Shown: positions 19,866 to 29,761 of the stretch, in pieces
How positions within the stretch are numbered: position 1 is the stretch's first letter
Layout of the letters: each line of letters begins with the position of its first letter
Assembly: GCA_964595645.1 (NCBI GenBank)
Contig: CAZQQT010000008.1
Span: forward strand, 58,854-122,853
Source of the DNA: an uncultured Thermococci archaeon
Lineage (GTDB): Archaea; Methanobacteriota_B; Thermococci; Methanofastidiosales; B48-G16
Direction of reading: 5' to 3'
Length of the DNA stretch: 64,000 nt
The notes under the pieces: model-generated
Database searches by the model: none
What the model was told of the DNA's origin: nothing
Seen by the model: only the letters and a program-made list of their open reading frames with translations
Program-made: the position numbers and the translations under genes

Positions 19866-20819
19866 ATGAAGAGAACGTTTTACGCACTTGGGATTATTTG
19901 TATGGTCATGTTACTGAGCGGTTGTGTTGAAGAGGAAACGCATACATATCCCACAGTTGATAGAGAGGACGCAATACCGGCAGGGACGATGAAAATAACT
20001 CCAGAGATGGATGAACATCCACCGATACTTCACGTAGATGTGTATAAAGATCCGGTACCGATGCCGTATCCTCTTAATACTGCAGGAGCAGAGGATTCTC
20101 CCTTTATCACACCGGACGGAAGGACATTTTACGTATGGTTCACTCCCGATCCCAATGCCCCGCTTGAAGAGCAGCTTCATGACAATGTCACAGGAATATA
20201 TGTTTCGCAAAAGGAAAATGGGCAGTGGAGCACCCCTAAGCGGGTATGGCTGCAGGATCCAGATACGCTGGTTTTGGATGGATGTGTATATGTCCAAGGT
20301 AATAAAATGTGGTTTTGCACCACACGAGAGGGGTGTACTGGGATGTGCTGGTTCACTGCAGAATTTGTCAATGGGAACTGGACTAACTGGAAAAAGGCTG
20401 AATTTAATCTAGGGGATGATGTTGGAGAGCTCCATATCTCCTCAGATGGAAATGAGCTGTACTTTCACTCTTCACGGTCTGGCGGTAAAGGAAGCAATGA
20501 TATTTGGGTCTCGCACAAGAGGGATGGAGAGTGGCAGGAGCCAGAAAATATTGCGGCTGTGAACACAAGTGTGAATGAAAGCAGACCGTTTCTCACCGAA
20601 GATGGGACCGAACTATGGTTCACGCGAACGTACAAGGGTACTCCTGCAGTCTTCAGATCGAAAAAGGTGAATGGGGCGTGGCAGGAGCCAGAACTCATTA
20701 TTTCACAGTTTGCCGGTGAGCCAACGCTGGACGATGACGGTAATATCTACTTCGTTCACCATTTCTTTAAAGAGGGAAAAATGGTTGAGGCAGATATTTA
20801 CGTGGCATACAAGAAATGA
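19866..20819 (+). CDS. Lipoprotein with PD40/TolB-like beta-propeller repeats
   Basis: Lipobox LSGC; repeats SPFITPDGRTFY, ISSDGNELYFHSSRSGGKG, PFLTEDGTELWF. Confidence 0.82.
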   Translation: MKRTFYALGIICMVMLLSGCVEEETHTYPTVDREDAIPAGTMKITPEMDEHPPILHVDVYKDPVPMPYPLNTAGAEDSPFITPDGRTFYVWFTPDPNAPLEEQLHDNVTGIYVSQKENGQWSTPKRVWLQDPDTLVLDGCVYVQGNKMWFCTTREGCTGMCWFTAEFVNGNWTNWKKAEFNLGDDVGELHISSDGNELYFHSSRSGGKGSNDIWVSHKRDGEWQEPENIAAVNTSVNESRPFLTEDGTELWFTRTYKGTPAVFRSKKVNGAWQEPELIISQFAGEPTLDDDGNIYFVHHFFKEGKMVEADIYVAYKK

Positions 20820-21064
20820 TTAGAGAATTTCCTACTTCTTCTCTTCTATTTTTAAAGGTTGTACTCGTCTAAATACAACAAGACCATTCAAATACATTGC
20901 ACAGAAGCGTATCTGGAGGCGCATAAATAAAACCCCCCTCACGTATCTATTTGCTCTATGTTGGAGGTCAATGTATACAATAGAAGAGGTGAGATTGTTA
21001 TCGAAAATATCTCCCAATGTTGTATCATCGGGAAACACAATGAGATTGGGATCTTTATTGAGGA

Positions 21065-21791
21065 CTATTGGAATACCACCAGGATTCCATCCTTTTCCTT
21101 GCAATCCCGTGTAAATGTTGAGTAAATGGATATCTCCTTGTTTAGCAGCTGTTGAACCCAGGGTACTCTTGATTCTACGCTGTAAGGGTACCGATCACCG
21201 GATAATTCACGTTTTTTTGTATGGACTCCACTGTATAACGCTAACACTGGTGCACCATTTAATTTTTCTAGCACGTATGTAATATTCCGAGCAATTGATG
21301 TCATTCGGGTGCGAAACAGGTTTTTTCAATCTCCATTACCTTATCAATGTATTTTTCTTCAAACGGCTTGATATCCACATTAGAATTTCCCTCTGTAGGA
21401 AATGTAAGATCGTCTTTTTCAAAGGTGAGAAGTTCCGTTGTCATCCGATATGTATGTGCGATGAGGCGCTCTTTCAGTTGCAGTTGATCTTCTTTAAGCA
21501 GTATTCTCACTGCGTCACATCCGTGTTTTCTGAAGGCATCTTCCATTGCATCTACGAGTGCCACTGCAGTATCCAATCTGACAGCTCGTACCTCTCTAAT
21601 GAAGCCGATGTCCTCTCTCCAACAATTTCCATAGGTAAATCCTTCTATATTCTCGTTGTAGGCGAGATACACGAACTCACGATTTTATTGATAACGTTCT
21701 TGACAATACCCTTCGAAAACGCACCATATCTCTCTTTAAATGTGAGTAAATTATGTATTTCCTCATCTCTCGGATGCCGTATCGTAGACAT
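21065..21791 (-). pseudogene. Decayed tandem-GNAT acetyltransferase
   Basis: ATG 21791 (MSTIRHPRDEEI) shifts frame near 21680 into ORF 21301-21672 (VDIKPFEEKYIDKVMEIEKTCF), stops at TGA; only fragments remain downstream. Confidence 0.55.
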
Positions 21792-21857
21792 ACATAGTTC
21801 TTCACGTTATATCTATAAAAGAGTTTTTATGGAGAATAAAGAGGCATTAGAAAAGAT

Positions 21858-22538
21858 TTAAGGTATCTCTCCTTGTATTATCTTTCGTATCGCCTCCGCA
21901 CCCCCTTCCCCATAGGGCTTTTTGGTGACGTAGTCTGCTTTTTCCTTCAATTCCTCCACCCCACTGTTCACCGCAATGCTGTAACCTGCTGCCTCAAAGG
22001 CGGGAAGATCATTGTAACTGTCGCCGATAAAGACTGTGTCTTCCAGATCAATTTCCATTAGTTCTGCAAGCTTTTTGAGCGCTGTGCCTTTGTTCACGTT
22101 CTTGTTTTTGATGTGAATGCCGTAGCTTGAGTCACAGATCTCGATCTTTAGATCATGGCGCTCTGCTACCTCTTGAATCTCCTCGACGCCCATGCCCGTG
22201 ACGACAACCTCTGTTTTCCGCAGAAACGTTGGCAGGAGCGACGCACGATCCTTAATGAGTTCATAACAGCGCAGCGGCTCTTCCAGTGTCCCAAATGTTT
22301 CGATATTGGTGTTGTACGACACGATCCCCCCGTCTTCTGCAATCATCCCTCCTGTCGCTCCAATGAGTCTAGAAGCGCCATGGGCGTATCCCAGTGTATT
22401 GCCTGTAGAAAGAGAGACGTGGAATCCTTCAGCTTCTGCCTCGCGTAGAGCGTTGATCGCGTCTATCGTAATTCTTCTTTTTTTATCGGTAAGTGTCCCG
22501 TCTATATCGGAGACGATGTAGTATGTCATGAAGAACAT
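21858..22538 (-). CDS. HAD IIB phosphoglycolate phosphatase (SPP-like)
   Basis: DIDGTLT, STGN, NKGTAL, GDSYND. Confidence 0.9.
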   Translation of the reverse strand: MFFMTYYIVSDIDGTLTDKKRRITIDAINALREAEAEGFHVSLSTGNTLGYAHGASRLIGATGGMIAEDGGIVSYNTNIETFGTLEEPLRCYELIKDRASLLPTFLRKTEVVVTGMGVEEIQEVAERHDLKIEICDSSYGIHIKNKNVNKGTALKKLAELMEIDLEDTVFIGDSYNDLPAFEAAGYSIAVNSGVEELKEKADYVTKKPYGEGGAEAIRKIIQGEIP

Positions 22539-22576
22539 CCCAGAAGAAGGTATAAAAATGCTTCGATTCTCAATAG

Positions 22577-24460
22577 TTACATCTCTTGAAGATCCCGAAT
22601 TTTCTCTCGCAGTTCTACGGCTTTCACAAAATCAAGTTCATCGAAGGCCTTTCTCATTTTTTCCTCTAATTCGATAATCTTCTCTTCCCTCCTTGTCTCT
22701 TTTTTCTTTACAAGTCCTGGATAGACCTTCTTCTTTATGGTCTTCGGTGTGATTCCATGCGTTTCGTTGAATTTTTTCTGAACCTCTCTTCTTCTTTCTA
22801 TTACTGTAATCGCTTTTTTCATTGCTTCCGTTCTTTTATTCGCATAAAGGATTACCTCCCCTTCAGTATTTCGGGAAACTCGTCCCATAATCTGTATTAA
22901 TGAGGTTTTTGTTCTTAAGAATCCTTTTTTATCAGCGTGCAGAATTGCAACTAATGGAACCTCGGGGAGATCGAGCCCCTCTCTCAGCAGGTTTATTCCG
23001 ACTACAACATCACTTTCCTTTCTCCGCAGCCCTCTCAGTATCTCCACCCGCTCTTCTGTGTGGGTATCAGCGTGCATGTATTCCGCAGTAATTCCGTGGT
23101 TATTGAGATACTCGGAGACGCGTTCCGCTTCCCGCTTTGTGAGTGCAATGACTAGTGCCTTCCCCTTTTCCCGTATTTTTTGTATCAAATGTTCCATATC
23201 TGGTTCTTTTACCGAGATTTTCGGTTCTAGTACTCCTGTGGGTCGTACCAGCTGCTCCACCACTCTCGAGTTGTGGCGTTCGTACTCTCCTGGTGTGGCG
23301 GACATGAAGATCACTTTGTTCATATACTGTGTGAACTCCTGCCATGTTAACGGCCGATTGTCGGCACAACTCGCCAGCCGGAATCCATGATCTATCAATG
23401 TTTTTTTCCTTGTTCTATCGGCCTTGTACATTCCACGTATCTGTGGGATCGTGATGTGGGATTCATCGATGATCATCAAAAATTCATTAGGAAAATAATC
23501 GAGGAGTGTGTAGGGTTTTTCACCGGATTCTCTGTTATCAAAGTATATGGAGTAGTTTTCTATCCCTTTACAGTATCCCGTAGTTTTTAACATTTCAATA
23601 TCGTAGCTCACCCTCTCTTCGAGTCTCTGCGCTTCAACAAGTTTGTTGTTTCTTGTGAGTTCTTCCACTCTTTTCTCAAGATCCTTCTCGATGTCCTTCA
23701 CAGCGTCTTGCACTTTCTCTCGTTGTATCATATAGTGTTTTGCTGGATGTATCCTCACAAACTCCTTTGTTCTTCCTTTCCATGATGTTGGATCGAGAAT
23801 AGAGATCCGCTCAACTTCGTTGTCAAAGAATTCTATCCGGTAAATTTTTTCGCGGTATGCGGGAAATATCTCTATAATTTCACCTCTCACACGAAATGTG
23901 CCCGGAGAAAGAGAGTAGTCGTTCCTTGCGTACTGACACTCCACTAATCTGTCTAAAAGTTCCTTTCTTTTGTAGGTTTTTCCCCTCTCGATATAGATAC
24001 TCATTTCGTTGAATTTCGATGGTTCTCCGACGTTGTAGAGACAGGAAACGCTGGCGACAACGATGACGTCCTCCCTTTCTTGGAGCGATGCCGTTGTTTT
24101 CACCTTGAGGAGTTCCAGATCTTCGTTCAGCTCAAATTTTTTCTCTAAAAATAGATCTTTTGCAGGAACGTATGCCTCTGGCCTGTAATAGTCATAGAAT
24201 GATACAAAGTATTCTACACTGTTCTCTGGAAAGAACTCCTTAAACTCCATGTAGAGCTGAGCTGCCAGCGTCTTGTTCGGCGAGATGACGAGTGTTGGTA
24301 ACGCAGCATCCTCAATAACGTTGGCAATAGTAAATGTTTTTCCCGAGCCTGTGACACCGAGGAGTGTCTGCCAGCGATGCTTTTCTACCCCCCGAGAAAG
24401 CTTCTTTATCGCTTGTTCCTGATCTCCTCTAGGTTTTAAATCTGTGGTAAGGTTAAACAT
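22577..24460 (-). CDS. uvrB: Excinuclease ABC subunit B
   Basis: LGVTGSGKT, YYRPEAY, DESH, DNRPL, NLLREGLDLPEV, C-terminal UVR coil. Confidence 0.96.
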   Translation of the reverse strand: MFNLTTDLKPRGDQEQAIKKLSRGVEKHRWQTLLGVTGSGKTFTIANVIEDAALPTLVISPNKTLAAQLYMEFKEFFPENSVEYFVSFYDYYRPEAYVPAKDLFLEKKFELNEDLELLKVKTTASLQEREDVIVVASVSCLYNVGEPSKFNEMSIYIERGKTYKRKELLDRLVECQYARNDYSLSPGTFRVRGEIIEIFPAYREKIYRIEFFDNEVERISILDPTSWKGRTKEFVRIHPAKHYMIQREKVQDAVKDIEKDLEKRVEELTRNNKLVEAQRLEERVSYDIEMLKTTGYCKGIENYSIYFDNRESGEKPYTLLDYFPNEFLMIIDESHITIPQIRGMYKADRTRKKTLIDHGFRLASCADNRPLTWQEFTQYMNKVIFMSATPGEYERHNSRVVEQLVRPTGVLEPKISVKEPDMEHLIQKIREKGKALVIALTKREAERVSEYLNNHGITAEYMHADTHTEERVEILRGLRRKESDVVVGINLLREGLDLPEVPLVAILHADKKGFLRTKTSLIQIMGRVSRNTEGEVILYANKRTEAMKKAITVIERRREVQKKFNETHGITPKTIKKKVYPGLVKKKETRREEKIIELEEKMRKAFDELDFVKAVELREKIRDLQEM

Positions 24461-24510
24461 TGTCGTGAGTGTATTTTCTTTTCAAAAAATAAAAAGGAAT
24501 GGTGAGAAAC

Positions 24511-26403
24511 CTACTCTCTTTTAAATGCAGATCCAATAAGTATCCCCACGAAAAGTCCTACAAGCCCCGATCCCATGATAAGAATGAGTGTTGATCCCGT
24601 TTCAGGATTCTCTGACATAGTGGTTGCAGGAGTCTTTATGGGTGTGGATGTGGGCGTTGTGACAACGGTAGGTACCTCTGTTCCTTCCATACCAAGATGT
24701 TTATAGGCGGAGGCAACTTCCTTGGCGTACTTGTACATCCGAAAGGCATTGACCGCGTCTTGTTTTTCTTCGAAGTTTGATGCATACTCATAGTAACATT
24801 CTGCGAGGAGCGGTTCGTGACCTGTTTCTCGTGCAAGCTGGATAGCTATTTTGGCATCTTCTTTCGCTCTCTGAATTTTTTCGCTTACTACTGTGAGATC
24901 TTCACCGCTCATTCCAAGTTCGATGGCAATACTTGAGTATACCTTGCTTTCCAGCGCATAGAACAGGGCAGAGGTGTATCGCCCGGTGTCATACTCGTTC
25001 TGCGCAGCGTTCAACGAGTTTGATGCTTCTGGAAGAGATGATTCTCCCATCATACTTGACACATAGACGTATACAAGTTTTGCCTCCTCTATCCGTTTCC
25101 ACGCATCTTCTTTTAATTGATCCAGCGATATTTCTTTACCTCCAGAATGTTTTACTGCCATATCAAGCCACAATATTGCTGTATCAGCTCTTTTGTCTGC
25201 ATAGGCTATGGAATATGCTGTATTTTCTATATCAAGATTTTCTTTATAGTTTTTAGCTCTTTCTAAGTAGTCATAAGCTTCTTTTAATCTTTTTTCTGCC
25301 GCGGAGAGGAACTCTAAGCTTGCGATACCTTTAATATCCGTTCTTTTCTCTTTTAGTTTGGTATCAATCTCTTCCAATTTTTTCGTGAGGTTTTGTAGTC
25401 TCGTGTCAACACTGTCTATATGGATGTACTCATCAACGATACCCGTATAGATTTCTGCATTGAGCAGAGTACTCAACGCTGTGTAATATTTTGCATTGTT
25501 CATCTCTTGTTTTGCGGTTTCAATAAGTTCTTGGGTTCTATTGAGGTATTCTTGGAGGTAATTCTTTTCGTAATTACTTACATTTAGTGAGGATAATTCC
25601 TGGGCAATGGTATCGTGGTACGTTATGTTTTTTTCCAATGCGTTGTTTGCCCTTTCAGAGAGAAAAGATGTACTGATTGTGATCTCTCCCTTTACCTCCT
25701 TTTCAGAGAAATTTTTTCCAACAAAATGAAGCAGTGCATCATTTATGTCTTTTACCTCAATAACCTCAATATCGTACTGTTTTTTAGCATATTCCACTAC
25801 ATTTACCTTTTTCGATTTCTGAACAATTTGTACTACGCCATTGCGCTCTTCTTTTGTGGTTGTCTGTGTTGTGACGACGGTCTCACCCCACGGAACAAGA
25901 AATTTCGTTATCCCAAGTTCTGCAGAAGCATCTAGTTTTTCCACGATTCCTCCTACAGGTCCGATAGTACTGTCTGGATTTATCATCCCTGTCATCATTA
26001 CGTCGTCTTTTATCTTCCACCCTTCAAGAGAGGCAATCGTGGCGATAGTTATCACCCCTCCGGCAGAGGGTCCACCGATGACAGGTGAGTCGGACCGTAC
26101 TACATAATAAAAGTCGTAGTTATTCACATCTTTTCCCGTTACCCTTCCTGCCACCTCCACGGCTAATCGAGCCGATGCTTGCGTGTCCAGCTCTGTCAGC
26201 GGCCATGTGTCTACATAGATGTGACCGTTTCCAGGTTTCGTTGAGACGGTTATCGAGAGCACCGCACCTTCATATCCTGTATCTGTTTTTTTGACAGCGG
26301 GTGCACGGATCGTGACGGAATTCTCCGTGTCGGCGTAAATACTAAGCGGAAGCATTGAGAGTAGAAATAAGGTTATCAAAACAATAGAAATCTTTCTTTT
26401 CAT
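24511..26403 (-). CDS. Secreted, membrane-anchored archaeal S16 (Lon-like) serine protease
   Basis: Signal peptide; GGPSAGG and GPVGGIVEK Ser-Lys dyad; helical repeats, Thr/Pro linker, C-terminal TM. Confidence 0.88.
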   Translation of the reverse strand: MKRKISIVLITLFLLSMLPLSIYADTENSVTIRAPAVKKTDTGYEGAVLSITVSTKPGNGHIYVDTWPLTELDTQASARLAVEVAGRVTGKDVNNYDFYYVVRSDSPVIGGPSAGGVITIATIASLEGWKIKDDVMMTGMINPDSTIGPVGGIVEKLDASAELGITKFLVPWGETVVTTQTTTKEERNGVVQIVQKSKKVNVVEYAKKQYDIEVIEVKDINDALLHFVGKNFSEKEVKGEITISTSFLSERANNALEKNITYHDTIAQELSSLNVSNYEKNYLQEYLNRTQELIETAKQEMNNAKYYTALSTLLNAEIYTGIVDEYIHIDSVDTRLQNLTKKLEEIDTKLKEKRTDIKGIASLEFLSAAEKRLKEAYDYLERAKNYKENLDIENTAYSIAYADKRADTAILWLDMAVKHSGGKEISLDQLKEDAWKRIEEAKLVYVYVSSMMGESSLPEASNSLNAAQNEYDTGRYTSALFYALESKVYSSIAIELGMSGEDLTVVSEKIQRAKEDAKIAIQLARETGHEPLLAECYYEYASNFEEKQDAVNAFRMYKYAKEVASAYKHLGMEGTEVPTVVTTPTSTPIKTPATTMSENPETGSTLILIMGSGLVGLFVGILIGSAFKRE

Positions 26404-26531
26404 TCTATCATCCTCTGTATTTCATGTTTCATGTGCCTTTCTTGTCATGAAAACATATAAAAAAGTTGGCCCAAATAGGGCCATAATCACTCGGTTCTTC
26501 CAATGCCTTATGAAGCAACCCTATGAGTTTT

Positions 26532-27083
26532 TCACTCTTCATCCTCTCTTTCCTTTCTTAATTTTTCAATGTTTGCCGGATCAGATAAAATCTTTGTGAT
26601 GTTGGCGGGGCCAACTAACTTATACAAAGGTTTTCCGTTACTATCTAGTATTAGTGCACTGGGAATTCCATTTCCTACGTACTGACGATATTTTTCTTTA
26701 AACGTTTCCTCATTGGATTCAATATCTAGGTCAAAGTACACGGGTATAAAGTACTCCTCCATTACTTGCACTACCTTGTCATCTTTGTATGTAGTCTCCT
26801 CCAACTCCTTGCACCAGGGACAATTATCACTGGTGAAATATACAAAAATCCATTTTTCTTCATTTGTTTTTTCTTTAGCCTTTTCTACAGAGTCTACCCA
26901 GTCTATTGACTTAGTTTCTTTTTGGTCTTCAGGAGGATCTGTCGTTTCCGGTTGCCCCGTTTCTTCCGGTGCCGGCGTCGTTGTTTTTGGAGCATCTGTT
27001 GTTGTGGGGATGTCATTATCTTCTTCACCGAGGCACCCAAGCATTACACCAAAAATTAGTAATAAAACAAGTATTCTTTTCAT
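26532..27083 (-). CDS. Thioredoxin-fold lipoprotein
   Basis: Lipobox MLGC, Thr/Pro linker, CPWC, GIPSALILD. Confidence 0.85.
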   Translation of the reverse strand: MKRILVLLLIFGVMLGCLGEEDNDIPTTTDAPKTTTPAPEETGQPETTDPPEDQKETKSIDWVDSVEKAKEKTNEEKWIFVYFTSDNCPWCKELEETTYKDDKVVQVMEEYFIPVYFDLDIESNEETFKEKYRQYVGNGIPSALILDSNGKPLYKLVGPANITKILSDPANIEKLRKEREDEE

Positions 27084-27084
27084 A

Positions 27085-27450
27085 CTACCACTCTCTTACC
27101 CTTTCTTTCACAAGTTTTGACCACATCTCTATGTCTTGCAATAAATTTTCCTTTATTCTTTTTTTCGGTATAGGATAGTACACGAAATTGTATCCTCGTC
27201 GTAGATTAACAGATTTTCTCATTATTAGTCCTTTGTCCATGAGCTGACCGACTGATTTCTGCACAGAACTTCTATGCTTGTCTACAGCATCCGCTATCTC
27301 TATCACTGTGGATTCAGGATGGCGAAGGAGAAAAAGAAATATATCTTTTTCAAGGTCATTGAGTCCCAAGAGGCAAAAGACCAGCTCGTTCTCCTCCAAG
27401 GTATCCAACTGCATCTTGGAGCATAGATTCTCATTGAGAAAGAACTTCAT
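27085..27450 (-). CDS. TrmB-like HTH transcriptional regulator (COG3355-like)
   Basis: CLLGLNDLE, EIADAVDKHRSSVQKSVGQL, GYNFVYYP. Confidence 0.8.
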   Translation of the reverse strand: MKFFLNENLCSKMQLDTLEENELVFCLLGLNDLEKDIFLFLLRHPESTVIEIADAVDKHRSSVQKSVGQLMDKGLIMRKSVNLRRGYNFVYYPIPKKRIKENLLQDIEMWSKLVKERVREW

Positions 27451-27824
27451 TCCATCACAGAGTGTAGTTTTTCTTCGAGCACTTGTTTGGGTACGGCACC
27501 CGTAATTCTATCGACTAGCTCTCCCTCTTTAAAAAATAGTATCGTGGGGATGCTCATTATCCCAAACTTTGATGGAATCTGATTGTTCTCATCGACATTG
27601 AGTTTCCCTATCGCTACTTTGTCTCCATATTCCTGTGCCACTTTTTCGATTGTGGGGGAAAGCATCTTACAAGGCATACACCATGCCGCCCAACAGTCCA
27701 CCATTGCATATTTTTTTTCTGCAATAAACTCGTCAAAGTTGCTGTCTGTAATCTTTATAGGAGTTCTCGATTTCTGCATCATTTTTTTCATCTTCTCCTT
27801 TTTTATTCTTTCAACTTCATCCAT
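27447..27824 (-). CDS. trxA: Thioredoxin
   Basis: WAAWCMPC, KLNVDEN, IMSIPT. Confidence 0.93.
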   Translation of the reverse strand: MDEVERIKKEKMKKMMQKSRTPIKITDSNFDEFIAEKKYAMVDCWAAWCMPCKMLSPTIEKVAQEYGDKVAIGKLNVDENNQIPSKFGIMSIPTILFFKEGELVDRITGAVPKQVLEEKLHSVME

Positions 27825-28087
27825 ATATAAACACCTTTTTTTCTTTGGCAGACAGCCCTTTAAAAATCTTTCTCAAAAATGTTCAACATCTTTTCACAAG
27901 TATAACCGTTGATTATTTAAAGGATAATGTGTCAACTATAGATTAATGAACTCTTTAAAGAGAATAAGAGTCTTTTCGAGTGGAAAATTTTTATTCTTTA
28001 TTCTCTTATTCCGATTTTTTATTAACAAAAGAGATAATAAATATATTTTTATCTGAGAAGTTGTAAATAACCAATCGAGATGGCTCT

Positions 28088-29761
28088 ATGAGCAAAAAAG
28101 ATAAGAGAATTCGGAGGGAAATACAGGATATATTTAGAAGTATTCTGGAGAAGAATGATCTTTCGAATATACTGGAGAGAATTACATCCACCATTGGGAC
28201 TCTTTTTGGATATAAACGAGTTGTCCTCACACTGTGGGATGAAAACTTCAATGTTCAGCACTCCACCCATTATGGGCTGAGCCAGGAGGAGGTACAGGAA
28301 CTCGAAAAAAAAGAAATGACGGAAGAAGAACGAAGGATCATTATGGATGAAAAATACAAAATTAGCAACTCTTATTTCGTGCCTGAAGAGGATAACCCCC
28401 TCGTAACGAAAGCACTTCCAGGTAGATCGGTGGGGGAGTGGAGGCCTTTCGATGCGCTGATCGTGCCTCTGTGGGGCAAGGAGAGAATCATTGGATGGAT
28501 ATCATTGGACGAACCGATTTCTGGGAAGAGACCCACGGAAGAGGATCTCCGAGATATCGAAATATTTGCCGATCAGGCCTCCATTGCAATAGAAAATGAA
28601 AAGATGGTGGAAAGAGAAGAAGAGTTTATTCAAAAACTCAAAATTCTTAATAAAATAAGCAGAGAATTTTCTAAATTAGTAGATCTAGAGGATCTATTTC
28701 ATAAAATCCCGGAACTCATAAAAGAAACCTACAATCTCCCATTTGTCGGACTGGGCATTTTTGACGGTGAAAATATTGTCTTTAGACATTACTCAACGGC
28801 ATACCCCTCAAAGAGCCATAAGTCTGTTACTCAAAATTTGGAGGAAGGACTCATTGGCTGGGCAGCACGAAACAAAAAGACGCTCTACATTAAGGATGTA
28901 TCGAAGGACCCACGTTATCTTAAGGGGTTTGAGGAAACGAGATCAGAACTGGCAATTCCACTGGTGAGCGAGGGGGAGCTGTTGGGGGTCATGGATTTCC
29001 AGAGCGATGAGATTGATTACTTCACCTCCGAAGATATTTTGGTCCTTGAAAATCTGACGGATCAGATTGCGATATCTTTGAGGAACTCACAGCTGTTTAA
29101 AAAGCTTCAAAATGAGAAAAAATTACACGAACTTTTTATTTCTGTACTTTCTCATGATTTAAAGACACCTCTTCAAGTTATCCTTGGATACGCAGATCTT
29201 TTTGGAAACGAAAAATATGCCTCCGCTATCGAAAGAAATGTGAAAAAGATAACGGCAGCACTAGAAAAGGCGCATACATACACGAAATTAGAGGCAGGAT
29301 ACAAAGAGAATTTAGAAAAAAGAGATATCAAATCAACAATAGAAAGTCTCATGAGTGATTTCGGTTCCGAACTGAAAAAGAAAAATATTGAGATCGATCT
29401 TGATCTTGAGGAGACCTTCATCGAATCTTTTGGCGTACTAGAGAATATTTTCCAGAATTTAATAGAGAACTCTATAAAATACTCTCCCGAAAACAGTAAA
29501 ATCGAGATATATTCCGAGGATCACGATGTGAATGTTGTGGTGAATGTAAAAAACTATGGTCCAACGATCCCCGATGATATGAAAGAGGTAATATTTGAGC
29601 GATTCAAGAGGACAGATCATCGTACTCCAGGTACCGGTCTTGGACTTGCGATTGTGAAAAAGGCAGTATCGCTTCATGAAGGAGTGGTATGGGTAGAAGA
29701 TACTTCCGATGGCGGTACGGTATTTAAAGTAAAACTCCCGAAAAACTTAGAAAATGAATAA
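28088..29761 (+). CDS. Cytoplasmic GAF-GAF sensor histidine kinase
   Basis: Two GAF domains; H-box SHDLKTPL, N-box NLIENSIKY, G-box GTGLGLAIV. Confidence 0.92.
   Translation: MSKKDKRIRREIQDIFRSILEKNDLSNILERITSTIGTLFGYKRVVLTLWDENFNVQHSTHYGLSQEEVQELEKKEMTEEERRIIMDEKYKISNSYFVPEEDNPLVTKALPGRSVGEWRPFDALIVPLWGKERIIGWISLDEPISGKRPTEEDLRDIEIFADQASIAIENEKMVEREEEFIQKLKILNKISREFSKLVDLEDLFHKIPELIKETYNLPFVGLGIFDGENIVFRHYSTAYPSKSHKSVTQNLEEGLIGWAARNKKTLYIKDVSKDPRYLKGFEETRSELAIPLVSEGELLGVMDFQSDEIDYFTSEDILVLENLTDQIAISLRNSQLFKKLQNEKKLHELFISVLSHDLKTPLQVILGYADLFGNEKYASAIERNVKKITAALEKAHTYTKLEAGYKENLEKRDIKSTIESLMSDFGSELKKKNIEIDLDLEETFIESFGVLENIFQNLIENSIKYSPENSKIEIYSEDHDVNVVVNVKNYGPTIPDDMKEVIFERFKRTDHRTPGTGLGLAIVKKAVSLHEGVVWVEDTSDGGTVFKVKLPKNLENE

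Noticed and set aside
20832-21104. 90-aa minus-strand ORF as a real gene
   Set aside because: It lies in the decayed GNAT region with a TTG start, no RBS and no motif, so it cannot be supported.
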